A program made the translations under genes and the position numbers. Positions 10,026 through 20,132 of a DNA stretch of 64,000 bases are shown here, piece after piece (position 1 is the first letter of the stretch; the number at the start of each line of letters is the position of its first letter). The stretch spans positions 4,130 through 68,129 of the IMG/VR virus record IMGVR_UViG_3300028601_000019; one strand, given 5' to 3'. The notes under the pieces are model-generated. The model was given only the letters and a program-made list of their open reading frames with translations. It ran no database searches and was not told the origin of the DNA. This stretch comes from a virus. Its lineage: Duplodnaviria > Heunggongvirae > Uroviricota > Caudoviricetes.

Positions 10026-10991
10026 ATGGATATTAAAGAAATTGCAAAACTACTTGGCATCGAAGCTCTTGATGAGTCAGTAGCCAATGAAGTAGAAACC
10101 AAGCTATCTACTTTAGTTGAAAATAAAGTACAAGAAAAAGTAGAAGCTGCTGCCACTAAGAAAGCTGAAGTTCTAGCTAAGACAATGGTAGAGGAAGCTC
10201 TTGTTGAGGAAAAAGAAACTCTCAAAGAAGAGCTGGTTAAGGAATATGAAGAGAAGTTTGAAACTTACAAAGATACTCTTGCTGAAAAGTTTTCCATCTT
10301 TGTAGATGACATTCTTGCTGAAAAACTTCAGATTCCAGAGAACATCAAGGAATTTGCTCGTAAAGGTGAACTTTATGCAGATCTAATTGAACAGTTCAAA
10401 GTTCGTCTTGGAATTGATGAAGGTCTAGTTAATGATGAAGCTAAATCTCTTCTTGGCGAAGCTAAAGACGAAATTCTAAAACTTCGTGATGAAAAGAATG
10501 CTCTAACTGAAAAGTTTTTAAATGGTAAGTCTCTTCTTCATGAAGCCTCCATTACTCTTTATCTTTATGAAAAGTGTGATGGTCTAACTGAAGCTCAGAA
10601 AGAAAAAGTCTTTGCTATTCTTGAGGGTGTAACTGATAAAGAAACTATTGACAAGAAGTTCGATATTATTGTTGATACACTCGATGAAGAAGTTCTTACA
10701 GAAAAGGCTATCTCAGTTAAAGTAGTAGATCCCAAAAAGGCAGTCTCTGAACTAAAAAAGATTGGTGTATCTGCTAAAGTCGTATCTGAGTCTGAGGTTT
10801 CTTTCGATGTAAAAGATAAAAAGTCTGCAGTAGAATGGTTACTTAAAGATGGTGGTTGGGACAAGAAAGAGCTTAAGAAGTCTTATCCTGATTTAGTAGA
10901 GTCTGAAGGTGATGGAGTTGCTACTCCACAAATTACAGAAGAAGTTAAAGAAGATACATCTTTCGTTTCTAAATACCTCAACTATATCTAA
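10026..10991 (+). CDS. gp22: Prohead scaffold protein (T4 gp22-like), 321 aa, acidic with coiled-coil character.
   Basis: Rich in KE and lies between the protease and the MCP. No TGA. Confidence 0.65.
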   Translation: MDIKEIAKLLGIEALDESVANEVETKLSTLVENKVQEKVEAAATKKAEVLAKTMVEEALVEEKETLKEELVKEYEEKFETYKDTLAEKFSIFVDDILAEKLQIPENIKEFARKGELYADLIEQFKVRLGIDEGLVNDEAKSLLGEAKDEILKLRDEKNALTEKFLNGKSLLHEASITLYLYEKCDGLTEAQKEKVFAILEGVTDKETIDKKFDIIVDTLDEEVLTEKAISVKVVDPKKAVSELKKIGVSAKVVSESEVSFDVKDKKSAVEWLLKDGGWDKKELKKSYPDLVESEGDGVATPQITEEVKEDTSFVSKYLNYI

Positions 10992-11008
10992 AACAAAAAA
11001 GAAAAAAT

Positions 11009-11016
11009 ATAAATAG
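11009..11016 (+). promoter_or_regulatory. Late promoter TATAAATA plus the same conserved UTR, upstream of the MCP gene.
   Basis: Exact motif. The downstream 30 nt are identical to the cassette at 9988-10017. Confidence 0.55.
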
Positions 11017-11054
11017 ATTTATAAGGAACAATTCTTTAGGAGGAATTTAATAAA

Positions 11055-12296
11055 ATGTCTAAAATTAATGTTAAACAGCTAGTGGAAAAATGGAATCCAC
11101 TTATCAATGAGGAAGCAGTAGTTTCCAAAATTGGCAAGATTAAAGATAATAAGATCGAAGCTATGACTGCTATTATGTTGGAAAATGAATTCAACTATCT
11201 AAAAGAGCAGAATATGATTAGTGAAGCATCTTATACAGATGGTTCTTTTGGTACCAACTATGCAACTTCTGGTGAATTCCATAAGATTGCTATTCCCATG
11301 GTTCGCAGAACTTTCCCTAACCTCATTGCTCATGAAACTGTTGGTGTACAGCCAATGACCACTCCTGTTGGTCTAGCTTTCGCCCTACGTTTCAAAGCTG
11401 GTCAAACTTATAATAGTGGTTCCAACACTGAGCTTGGTTATAACACAGTAGATAAAGCTTATACTGGATCTATGATTACTTCTGCTGGTGAAGCTCTAGG
11501 TTCAAGTGTATCTCCCCCAGTTGGTTTAGGTATTGGTTCTGGCGATCAGATCAAGGAAGTCAATTTAACAATTGAAAAATCCCAGATCGAAGCTAAGACC
11601 CGTAAGTTACGTAGCCGTTGGTCCCTAGAGGTTGCTCAGGATCTAAATGCTATGCATGGTCTTGACATTGAATCTGAAATGCTTGATATTCTTTCTTATG
11701 AAATTCAGGCTGAAATTGACCGAGAAATCGTAGATGCTGTTAAAGCTGCTGCTAATAACAACTCTTACTCTTACGTTGCTGGTAAACAAGGTACACTTTC
11801 TTGGGCTTCCAGTGCTAATTTTGATGGTCGTTGGGAACATGAAAAATATCGTAACCTTTATAACTACACAGTTCGTATGTCTAACCGTATTGCTATCACA
11901 ACTCGTAGAGGTGCTGGTAACTTTATCGTAGCTAATCCTACTGTATGTGCTGCTCTTGAAGGAACTTCTAGTTTTACTATCGCTCCTGTAAATGGTAATG
12001 TAAACACTGGTAACACCTCTGTAGAAATTATCGGTACACTTGACGGACGTATGAAAGTTATCCGTGATACCTTTGCTACTGTTGATGAACTCACAGTTGG
12101 GTATAAGGGTGCTTCTGCAACCGGTATGGATGCTGGTATTATCTATTGTCCTTATGTACAGCTAATGCTAAGTCGCGCTACATTCGAAAATAGCTTTAAC
12201 CCAAGTGTTGGTTTGTTAAGCAGGTATGGGCTTCATAGTAATATCTTTGGTAGCGAAAATTACTACATGCGTGCAGTTATTGAAAATATGCCTTAG
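11055..12296 (+). CDS. gp23: Major capsid protein (T4 gp23-like), 413 aa.
   Basis: PMVRRTFPNLIAHETVGVQPMTTPVGLAFALRF matches T4 gp23 MVRRAIPNLIAFDICGVQPMNSPTGQVFALR. IEKSQIEAKTRKLRSRWSLEVAQDL matches IDKQVIEAKSRQLKAAYSIELAQDL. No TGA. Confidence 0.9.
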   Translation: MSKINVKQLVEKWNPLINEEAVVSKIGKIKDNKIEAMTAIMLENEFNYLKEQNMISEASYTDGSFGTNYATSGEFHKIAIPMVRRTFPNLIAHETVGVQPMTTPVGLAFALRFKAGQTYNSGSNTELGYNTVDKAYTGSMITSAGEALGSSVSPPVGLGIGSGDQIKEVNLTIEKSQIEAKTRKLRSRWSLEVAQDLNAMHGLDIESEMLDILSYEIQAEIDREIVDAVKAAANNNSYSYVAGKQGTLSWASSANFDGRWEHEKYRNLYNYTVRMSNRIAITTRRGAGNFIVANPTVCAALEGTSSFTIAPVNGNVNTGNTSVEIIGTLDGRMKVIRDTFATVDELTVGYKGASATGMDAGIIYCPYVQLMLSRATFENSFNPSVGLLSRYGLHSNIFGSENYYMRAVIENMP

Positions 12297-12320
12297 GCTA
12301 TTGATTTTATTAACAATTAG

Positions 12321-12345
12321 AAAGGGACTTCGGTCCCTTTCTTTG
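12321..12345 (+). terminator. Rho-independent terminator AAAGGGAC-TTCG-GTCCCTTT followed by a T-run, after the MCP gene.
   Basis: Perfect 8-bp stem with a UUCG loop. Confidence 0.8.
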
Positions 12346-12375
12346 TTTACATTGCTTAATTTTTCATAAAAAATA

Positions 12376-12425
12376 GTTTACAAACTTTCAAAACTTTTAT
12401 ATTCTAATCTTAACAAAGCAACAGT
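12376..12425 (+). promoter_or_regulatory. Early-type promoter: GTTTAC (-35), 16 nt, TATATT (-10), followed by the conserved leader TCTAATCTTAACAAAGCAACA. A second GTTTAC lies at 12345.
   Basis: Matches the T4 early-promoter -35 GTTTAC. The same architecture is found at 23873, 24653, 24954 and 27895. Confidence 0.5.
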
Positions 12426-12576
12426 GGAGATTAGAATGAATCTTAGCACCTAAAACATTATGAATAAGTTCTCTAAAATGTTTGATATTGCTGGTAGTAT
12501 GGGGGTTGCCACAATATTTAATGTGTCTTCATAATCGAGTCCTTGTAAAGCTTTCTAAGTAAGGAGAAAAATAATT

Positions 12577-12837
12577 ATGTATTTTAACTATGATTTTAAA
12601 ACTACAGATGAGTTTTTAACTGAATCTAATTTAGAATCTTTTCTTAGAGATTTTGTAAGAGATACAGAAATTGTGAGAGATAAGAAAGTTCCTGACTCTC
12701 CCATTCTAAATAGACCAGACTTTAGAATTGAAGAATTAAAGCTTATTTTGGAATTTAATGGGAAATTTCACTATACAATTGCTAAAACTATTATGTCTGA
12801 TACACTCAAAAAGAGTATCTATACCAGTATGGAATAG
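12577..12837 (+). CDS. Hypothetical early protein, 86 aa.
   Basis: AAGGAG ribosome-binding site and a true TAG stop. Confidence 0.5.
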   Translation: MYFNYDFKTTDEFLTESNLESFLRDFVRDTEIVRDKKVPDSPILNRPDFRIEELKLILEFNGKFHYTIAKTIMSDTLKKSIYTSME

Positions 12838-12863
12838 AATCATTTCTATTCCATATTGGATTC

Positions 12864-13252
12864 AAATGAAAGCCGAAGTTATTCATCACATTTTTGATCA
12901 GTATGAACAATTTGATAAGAGCAAATTTATTTTTAGAGATTTTAATAATTATAATCATGGATTTAATTCGGAAAAGTGTCCACTTCCATGTGACTATTGT
13001 GAACTTGGAATACAAATATATAAGGAAGACTATTCTTATTGGGATTCTATTATTGATAAACTTTACAAGTATGTTGATTGTTCTTTACTAGATAGAATCT
13101 TATATGAAGATAGTTTCTATAAAGTAGCAAGCAAATCAGTTTTACCATATTTTAAAGAATTTTATGATAATAATGGTTATGGATTTGGGTATGAGTTTAA
13201 AAAGGAGAATTTTCCCATAATAGGTTGTGAGTTAGATTTATTTTGGGAATAA
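12864..13252 (+). CDS. Hypothetical protein of about 129 aa.
   Basis: ORF. The start is uncertain, because the standard-code ORF begins at 12758. Confidence 0.35.
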
Positions 13253-13306
13253 GAAAGGGGGCCGAAGTCCCTATCAAATTATGATAATTATTGCAATACA
13301 TTTACT

Positions 13307-14278
13307 CTATATTCATATTCATAGTTTATAATCAAAGCCTGCATTTTTAACACTTTGCTCTTTTAATAAGTTCTTTTGAAGTTCTTTATTATATGTAAAT
13401 GTTGATTTTACTTCAACAATAAGATTATCTTTAGGTATATAGAAATCTGGAAAATATCTATGTTTTTTCATATCAATGCCTATATATCAAAAAGGAGGAA
13501 TTTCTCTCTTTTTATAAACAATTTCATTTTCGTTATATATTTTTAAAAGTTCATCAAAAACTTCCGGTTCATATCCCTGAAGATTGATAATTTTACCAGA
13601 TGGTAGTACATATTCATGTCATGATTTTTTATAGCCGCCCTGTGTTCTTTCAAAAACAATAGAACTTTGTGATGGATGATCTACGCCATAATTATTTTGT
13701 CACGTTTCTTTACAAGCATTTTTATAAATATCTGTTTTTGAAAACCAATCTACACCATATTTCTCTAAACAGGTTTCTCTATTTTTATCAAATCGCTCTT
13801 TTCTTTCAATTGGGGTTTCATTTCTATATCTTTCTTTAATGCTTTCAATATGAGTCTCGGTTTGAGTATAGTGTGGTACACCATATTTCTCTAAACAGGT
13901 TTTTTCGCTTTTATCTAATAATTCTTTAGATTGCATAGATCAAGGAACCCCATATTTTTCAACCATTGAATTATTAAATTTTTTTATAACTTCAGGATTT
14001 TTCATAGAACATTTTTGCGAGCAATGTCTTTTATACCCTTCCCTAAGATTAACATATTTAACTTTTTTCTGGTTACATATACAGCACAACATAATGTCAA
14101 AATTATCATTGATAATATGTCAACATCTTTGTGATAATGATGCGGTTTCAGGAAGAAATGATGTGAGTTCAAAAATTTGTATTTTTCTGTCAGGAAATCT
14201 AAAAAGTTTTCTGGGACTTATTTTTCCTAGAGAATCTAGCAAATTCTCTTTAATTCATATTTTTAGTTGATCGTTCAT
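13307..14278 (-). CDS. Homing-endonuclease-like protein of 323 aa, with about 6 in-frame TGA. It has an N-terminal zinc ribbon (CCICN...HCSQKC), tandem KYGV-containing repeats and a C-terminal PD-(D/E)xK nuclease motif (YFPDFYIP...IVEVKS).
   Basis: Translated by hand through TGA. The frame length is divisible by 3. Repeats are VEKYGVPW, CLEKYGVPH, CLEKYGVDW and NNYGVDHPSQS. Confidence 0.5.
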
Positions 14279-14410
14279 GATGTTCTACTCCTTTAGAATT
14301 TGAAAATGTTAATAGAGGTTAGAAATTGAAGGAGCAATTTCAACAATGGCCGTTGCTGTCCCTCTATTAAATTTAAAGATAAGATATTTTATTTACATTG
14401 TAAACAAAAA

Positions 14411-16342
14411 TTAAACTGCTCCAATTAATTCGTCAAAATCTGCGCCTGTTTTTGTAGCAATGAAGTTAAGTCTCAAGAATTCGGCACTTCTAGCTGGTTG
14501 CAGTCATATGTTGCCGTGCAATTCGTTGCGATCAATACGTTCTGGAGTATTAGTTGTCTCGTCAATTTGTACTTTGAATGCATAAATACCTCTGCGACCC
14601 TGTACATCGCGTAAGAAGGGCTCGATCATAGATCTTAATAAAAATCACGTAACTTCATCCGACATCTCGAAAAGAAAATATTTTGCACTTTTAGCAATAG
14701 ATTTTTCTAATACGAGGAATAATCTACGAACGTTAATTCTATTAAAAGCACTTTGTTTATCAAGCAATGTCTTTTGGCCTCATACTACTTTACCCTGACC
14801 ACTAAAAGAAACAATAGGATTAATACCAGCAACATATAATGCATCTCTATTTCCTTCAGTAGGATTAAAAGCAAGTCTACGTACACCAGTAATAACTGCT
14901 CTATTTAAACCTGCAGGGGCCCACCAAGCATCAGCTACATCATCAGTATGAGCATATAACCCAGCCATGTGTCCAGAAGCAGGTATCCAACGATATTTCT
15001 TATTCCAAGTATCAAATACTTCAAGCCAGTTTCCATAGATAGCAGCATAAGAAGTATTGGGATTAAAAGTAGAACCTGCCTGGCCCTTTCTTCATTTTAC
15101 CATATCTAAAGTTTCGGAACCTTTATTATTTAGAACATGACTTCTAAGAACATCAAGAATAGCAAAAGAATCACTTCTAATAACTTGACAAAGTTCAATT
15201 AAATGATCTTTTACTGTGACACCCTTATCAGATTCGATAAAGAGATTAACATCAATTTCTTCAGCATTGGCATATAAATTATATGCATCAATACATGCTG
15301 CATCTTCACCAGCTTGAACAGAAACGTCAGCATGTCTTCCAAAAAGACCATTTTTGCCACCAGAAAGCGCTGTTATTCTGGTCATAATTACAGCAATATT
15401 TTCTGCTTCGACTTCAGATGTTGTTTTAAATATTGGGTTTAAAGCAACATTAATATACTTAGATTGTTCATTGATTACGGTTTCTACAAAGTTAGAGACA
15501 CCAGAATCGTCAATTGAAGTTTCATCAGAAGAAACAATAAAGACTTCTTTATCTTCCCACATTGTAGAGCCTTGATCTTTAGCTTGAACCATTACAACAA
15601 ACTGTTTTTCGTCTGTCATCGGAGTATCAAGATCACGAATTACTGCAAAAGGAAGATTATCTTGGTAACCCACAGTTCCAAAATCTGGATTTGCTTCATA
15701 GTCGTTCCACATTGTTGTTACAGCTGCAGTAGCCGCAAGAGTTAATGTTACTCCAGAAGGAATATCAAAGGTTTCTGTCTGAGTGTCAAAATATTTAACA
15801 GCATCATAGGTTGCTTTATTATAAACAAGAACTCTAGAATTGTTGCCGAATTCGCCACGATATTTTGCCATAATCCAAAGCGGATCATCTTCACCCATTA
15901 GAGTATCTACCATTTCAGGGAACATTTTAAGATCAGTTGTTCCTAAAGAAACATAACTATATGGGTCATCATCTTCTGTGCCCGCAACAGTTCCTGTAAC
16001 TTCAAAAGTAAAATTAACCATTGCTTCTTGAACTGAATTTGTTCCAGTAAGAATTTTTGTGCCAGCAAAAGTGGCATCCTGCGGCATTACTCTTGTACAA
16101 TAAAGAGCATTACCATATTTTAGATATCCAACAGAAGTTAAAATATCAGTAAAAGATGCATCAGTTGGCTTACCAAAAGTGCTAATTAGTTCATCTGTAT
16201 TTGTTACTAAATACTGTTCGTATTCAGGCCCTTTGTATGTTTTTCGCAAAACGTTAACTGCAATAGATGTTGCTACTGCTGGAATCGTAGTGCTTAGATC
16301 GACTTCCCGGGGATATACACCTGGGGATAGGGAAAAGCTCAC
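14411..16342 (-). CDS. gp18: Tail sheath protein (T4 gp18-like), 643 aa, GTG start, TGA codons in the C-terminal third.
   Basis: The N-terminus MSFSLSPGVYPREVDLS is a sheath signature. The C-terminus ...RNELHGNIWLQPARSAEFLRLNFIATKTGADFDELIGAV resembles the gp18 C-terminus. Confidence 0.8.
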
Positions 16343-16393
16343 GTTTAAATTCCTCCATAAATTAAAATCTAAGAATCATTAGATTGTTATATC

Positions 16394-16401
16394 TATTTAT
16401 A
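16394..16401 (-). promoter_or_regulatory. Minus-strand late promoter TATAAATA upstream of the sheath gene. The ribosome-binding site is GGAGGAATTTAAAC.
   Basis: The reverse complement gives an exact TATAAATA. Confidence 0.5.
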
Positions 16402-16525
16402 ATTTTTGATGAGGATTTATGTTATGATCCAAATAAATAGTTTTATAAATTCAAAGGAGGTATATTTGTTTTTGTTGTTTTCATCAGAAAAAATATTTTT
16501 ACAAAACCTAAGGGGAAACTGCTTG

Positions 16526-17740
16526 AAGAAAAAATACATTCTTGATACTAATGTTTTAATTGAGGACCACCTATCCATTGAAACTCTTAGAAATGGAGTA
16601 GAAAATGAAATATATATTCCCAAAACAGTAATAGATGAATTAGATGGTCTGAAAAAGAATGCTTCGAAAAGACCTCAAGTTCTAAGAGTACTTGGTGAAC
16701 TTGAGAAACATAAAGATTATATTCAGATTTTAGATACTCTAAATTATGAAGATAAGCCCGATAATAAAATTTTAAAAGAAATTTTAACACTTCAAGATAA
16801 TGAAAAATATATATTCGTTACTAATGATAGATTATTTAGATTAAAAGCAGAGAAAGAAGGTCTCAATGTAGAAGAATATAAAGCATCTAATCCATTCCTA
16901 GTAGATTCTGAAAAGTATACTGGATTTGTCGAACTATATACTAAAGATGGCAAAAACGAAGATTTTAGCAAATGACCAAACTCATTTTATTTTTCAGAAA
17001 CAAAGAAATTGATGTATTATTCTGGAAAAGATAAAAAGGTTACTGAAGTTCCTGAAGTAATGGAAGCCTGGAAAATTAAAGCATGAGATGTTTATCAAAG
17101 AGCATTAATGCAATTATTGCTTGATGATAGTGTTTTAGTTACTTCTGTGATGGGAAATGCTGGTTGTGGAAAGAGTCTAGTAGCATTAGCGTGTGCTCTT
17201 CATTTGGTTCTACAGGAAAAGAAACATAAGAAAATTTATATTACTACTTCAAATGTTGAAGCTACTGAGGAACTTGGATTTAGACCTGGTGATGTTGATG
17301 AAAAGTTCGGACCATTAATTAGACACATGAAAGAGTTAGTTTTAAAGCTACATGAGATTAGACCAGCGAATAAATTGTTTATTGATCCATCAGTTCAAGT
17401 CAACAATCTTGAATTTAATCCAAGAGTTATTGAACTAATCCCTCTAAACTTTCTGCGGGGGTCCACACTCTCCGATTGTGTGGTAATTCTCGACGAAGCA
17501 CAAAATCTTTCAAAAACAGAGATTAGAACATTAACAAGTAGATGTGGTGAGAATGTTAAGTTTATTGCTACTGGTGATTTGAACCAAATTGACAATCATC
17601 ACCTATCTAAAGAGAATAATGGATTAAATTGGTTGGTAAAATGTTTTCAGGGTGATAAAAGATATGGACATTTAAAGATGAGTGGGAAAAGAGCACGCGG
17701 GCCAATTTGTGAAATGACTAATGAAAGATTCAGCTCTTAA
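16526..17740 (+). CDS. phoH: PIN-domain / PhoH-like ATPase fusion (PhoH2/YlaK-type), about 404 aa, with 2 in-frame TGA.
   Basis: N-terminal PIN (ILDTNVLIED...IPKTVIDELDGL). A C-terminal PhoH P-loop NTPase (GNAGCGKSLVALA) follows in the same frame, joined by two TGA codons. Confidence 0.65.
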
Positions 17741-17742
17741 TT

Positions 17743-17750
17743 TATAAATA
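17743..17750 (+). promoter_or_regulatory. Late promoter TATAAATA.
   Basis: Exact motif 33 nt upstream of the 17784 ATG. Confidence 0.45.
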
Positions 17751-17783
17751 GAATATAAGAACGATTTTTAACGGAGTTATTAA

Positions 17784-18167
17784 ATGAAAACACTATTAGA
17801 ACGAATTGATCTTATCCTAACAGAGGAAAAAGATAAACAAAAGTTAAAAGATATATATAATTATTATAAGGAAATTAGAGGAACTCACTGAAATAGATTA
17901 GAATTTTTAAGTTCTGATACCCTAAAATTTAAAGTATTTGATGGTAACACACTTGTTATTGATAATAAAGCCGGTAAAAAAATATTACAGGATTTAAAAA
18001 TTATATTTGAAGATCTTGGATATAAAAATGAAGGAACAAAAAAAGCGTCAACTGGTGAGATTAATGTTTTTACAAAGAGTGATATTAAAATGAATATTCA
18101 AATTGTAAAAAGAAAAGATAAAGATGCTGGTGGCTTTATTGATATAAGTATCAACCATTTAAAATAA
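17784..18167 (+). CDS. Hypothetical protein of 127 aa, 1 in-frame TGA. The N-terminus MKTLLERI is shared with the next gene.
   Basis: The first 27 nt are identical to the start of the 18181 gene. Confidence 0.45.
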
Positions 18168-18180
18168 AAGAGGGCACTAA

Positions 18181-18420
18181 ATGAAAACACTATTAGAACG
18201 AATTGAAATGTTTACTGAGGAAAAAGATTCCGAATATCAGAAATTCTTTAAGGCAAAACTTAAAGAATTCGGTGTTAAAGAACCTGATGAATTAAGTAAA
18301 GAAGACAAGAAAAAGTTTTATTCCGAAGTTGAAAAAGAATGAGATAAAGAAGAAGATCATGAAGATGACAAAGACAAAGATGAAGATGACAAAGATGAAG
18401 ATGATGAAGAGGATGATTAA
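18181..18420 (+). CDS. Hypothetical highly acidic protein of 79 aa (Asp/Glu-rich tail), 1 in-frame TGA.
   Basis: Paralogous N-terminus MKTLLERI. Confidence 0.45.
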
Positions 18421-18422
18421 TT

Positions 18423-18854
18423 ATGCTATTCGAAGAATATATGGATGAAGAAGAGTATTTAGAAACTCTTAATGAGCTACTTTTTAATTTTATTGATTCA
18501 TTAGATTTGGAAACTTTGTCTGAAGAACAAGCTGAACTTCTTGATGAACTATTGGAATTTGCTACTGAAATTGACTATGAAGAAGATGATGTAGATGGTG
18601 ATGAATCTGAAGATGAAGAAGAACTAGAAGAAGCTCTAAGAAAAAGAGTTGTTCGTAAAGGTAAAATAGTTCGTAAACTTATTTGTAAACCGGGGTTTAA
18701 ATCTCTGGCAGGTAAATGTGTGAAGATGGCTGCATCTGAACGTAGAATTAGAAAGAAAATGGCAAAAAGAGGTGCTAAGAAACGTAGATCAAAGAAATCT
18801 GCAATGCTTAGACACAGAGCTAGATCTATGAAAATAGCCAAAAGAATTGCCTAG
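18423..18854 (+). CDS. Hypothetical protein of 143 aa with an acidic N-terminal half and a strongly basic C-terminal half (RKRVVRKGKIVRK...KKRRSKKS).
   Basis: ORF without TGA. Confidence 0.5.
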   Translation: MLFEEYMDEEEYLETLNELLFNFIDSLDLETLSEEQAELLDELLEFATEIDYEEDDVDGDESEDEEELEEALRKRVVRKGKIVRKLICKPGFKSLAGKCVKMAASERRIRKKMAKRGAKKRRSKKSAMLRHRARSMKIAKRIA

Positions 18855-18863
18855 GAGATAGAA

Positions 18864-19106
18864 ATGAAAATTGTTGAAAAAATTACAAAATACCTGGAAG
18901 AAGGTTCTACTGAAAATTGTCTTGCTACTCTTAAAGCTAACATTGAGTTTTATGAAAAGATGGAAGACAAGGATGATAAAGCTAAAGAAGTTCTTGACAC
19001 TATGAAAGGAATTTTAGACTACTATGAGAAAGAAGGTTCTTTCTCACCGGGCCAAGCTAAAGCTGTTTTTAATACTAGTACTGGCATTAAAAAGATGACA
19101 TCTTAA
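18864..19106 (+). CDS. Hypothetical protein, 80 aa.
   Basis: GGAG ribosome-binding site. Confidence 0.45.
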   Translation: MKIVEKITKYLEEGSTENCLATLKANIEFYEKMEDKDDKAKEVLDTMKGILDYYEKEGSFSPGQAKAVFNTSTGIKKMTS

Positions 19107-19131
19107 GAGATTAGTTTAGTACCTAAAGTTA

Positions 19132-19162
19132 AAAGGATCTATCGAAAGGTAGATCCTTTTTT
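19132..19162 (+). terminator. Rho-independent terminator AAAGGATCTA-tcgaaagg-TAGATCCTTT followed by a T-run.
   Basis: Perfect 10-bp stem. Confidence 0.7.
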
Positions 19163-19164
19163 GT

Positions 19165-19172
19165 TATAAATA
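19165..19172 (+). promoter_or_regulatory. Late promoter TATAAATA.
   Basis: Exact motif upstream of the 19178 gene. Confidence 0.45.
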
Positions 19173-19177
19173 GTTAT

Positions 19178-19645
19178 ATGAGTTATATGCATAATCAATA
19201 TGATCCGAAACGGCATAATTTATATAAACCAATGAATCCAGAAAAATATACTGGAGATGTTAATAAAATAGTATCTAGATCTTCTTACGAATGACAATTT
19301 TATAGATGATTAGATTCTAATAATAATGTATTAAAGTGGTGTACTGAGCCAATAGGACTACCTTATATAGATTATACAGGGAAGCAAAGACACTACTATC
19401 CTGATGTTGTTTTTCAATGTATGACTCCAACCGGAGAAACTAAAACCTATATGATAGAAATAAAACCATTAAAGGAAACTATACCCCCGGTTCCAAATAA
19501 AAGAAAAAGAACTAAAACTGTTCTTTATGAACAAAAAACCTGGGAAACAAATTGTAGAAAATGAAAAGCAGCAAAAACATTTTGTAAATTAAAGGGCTGA
19601 GAATTTAAACTAATTACAGAAAAAGAATTAGGTATGGGAAGATAA
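19178..19645 (+). CDS. PD-(D/E)xK nuclease-family protein of 155 aa, with 5 in-frame TGA.
   Basis: Frame verified codon by codon. The motif is YYPDVVFQ...TYMIEIKP. Confidence 0.45.
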
Positions 19646-19649
19646 TACA

Positions 19650-20117
19650 ATGGCAATTAAAGTATCTTTAACACATAAGCATGGTAATATAACAATGAAG
19701 TCTGGGGAATTTTATACATTTAAATATACTGGGTTTGCACATGATCCCTCCCCGCATATATTATTTTTAAATAAACTACAGGGAATTCATCCAACATCTG
19801 GACGAGAATGACGTTTTATACAAGGGATCAACCTTAACTATATACCCCGACAAGACAGAAGAAAATTTGTAGATGATTGAATAAAAAATTATTCTAAATC
19901 TAAAAACCTAGAATTTACATGACAACTAGTTAAACGCAAATATCCATATATTGCTTTTGGAATTAGAAGATATTTTTGAAGCCCCCCATATTATATGTCT
20001 AAAATGGAACATCTTAATACCATAGAAAAGATTGAAAAGACAATTGTCGGCAATTGAGCTAAGGATTTCAGTAAAAAACTTAGAATGAAAATTGCACAAA
20101 TTTTTAAAAAAATGTAA
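19650..20117 (+). CDS. Hypothetical protein of 155 aa, with 5 in-frame TGA.
   Basis: Read through TGA with the frame checked at both ends. Confidence 0.4.
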
Positions 20118-20132
20118 AGAGGAAGATTGTTA

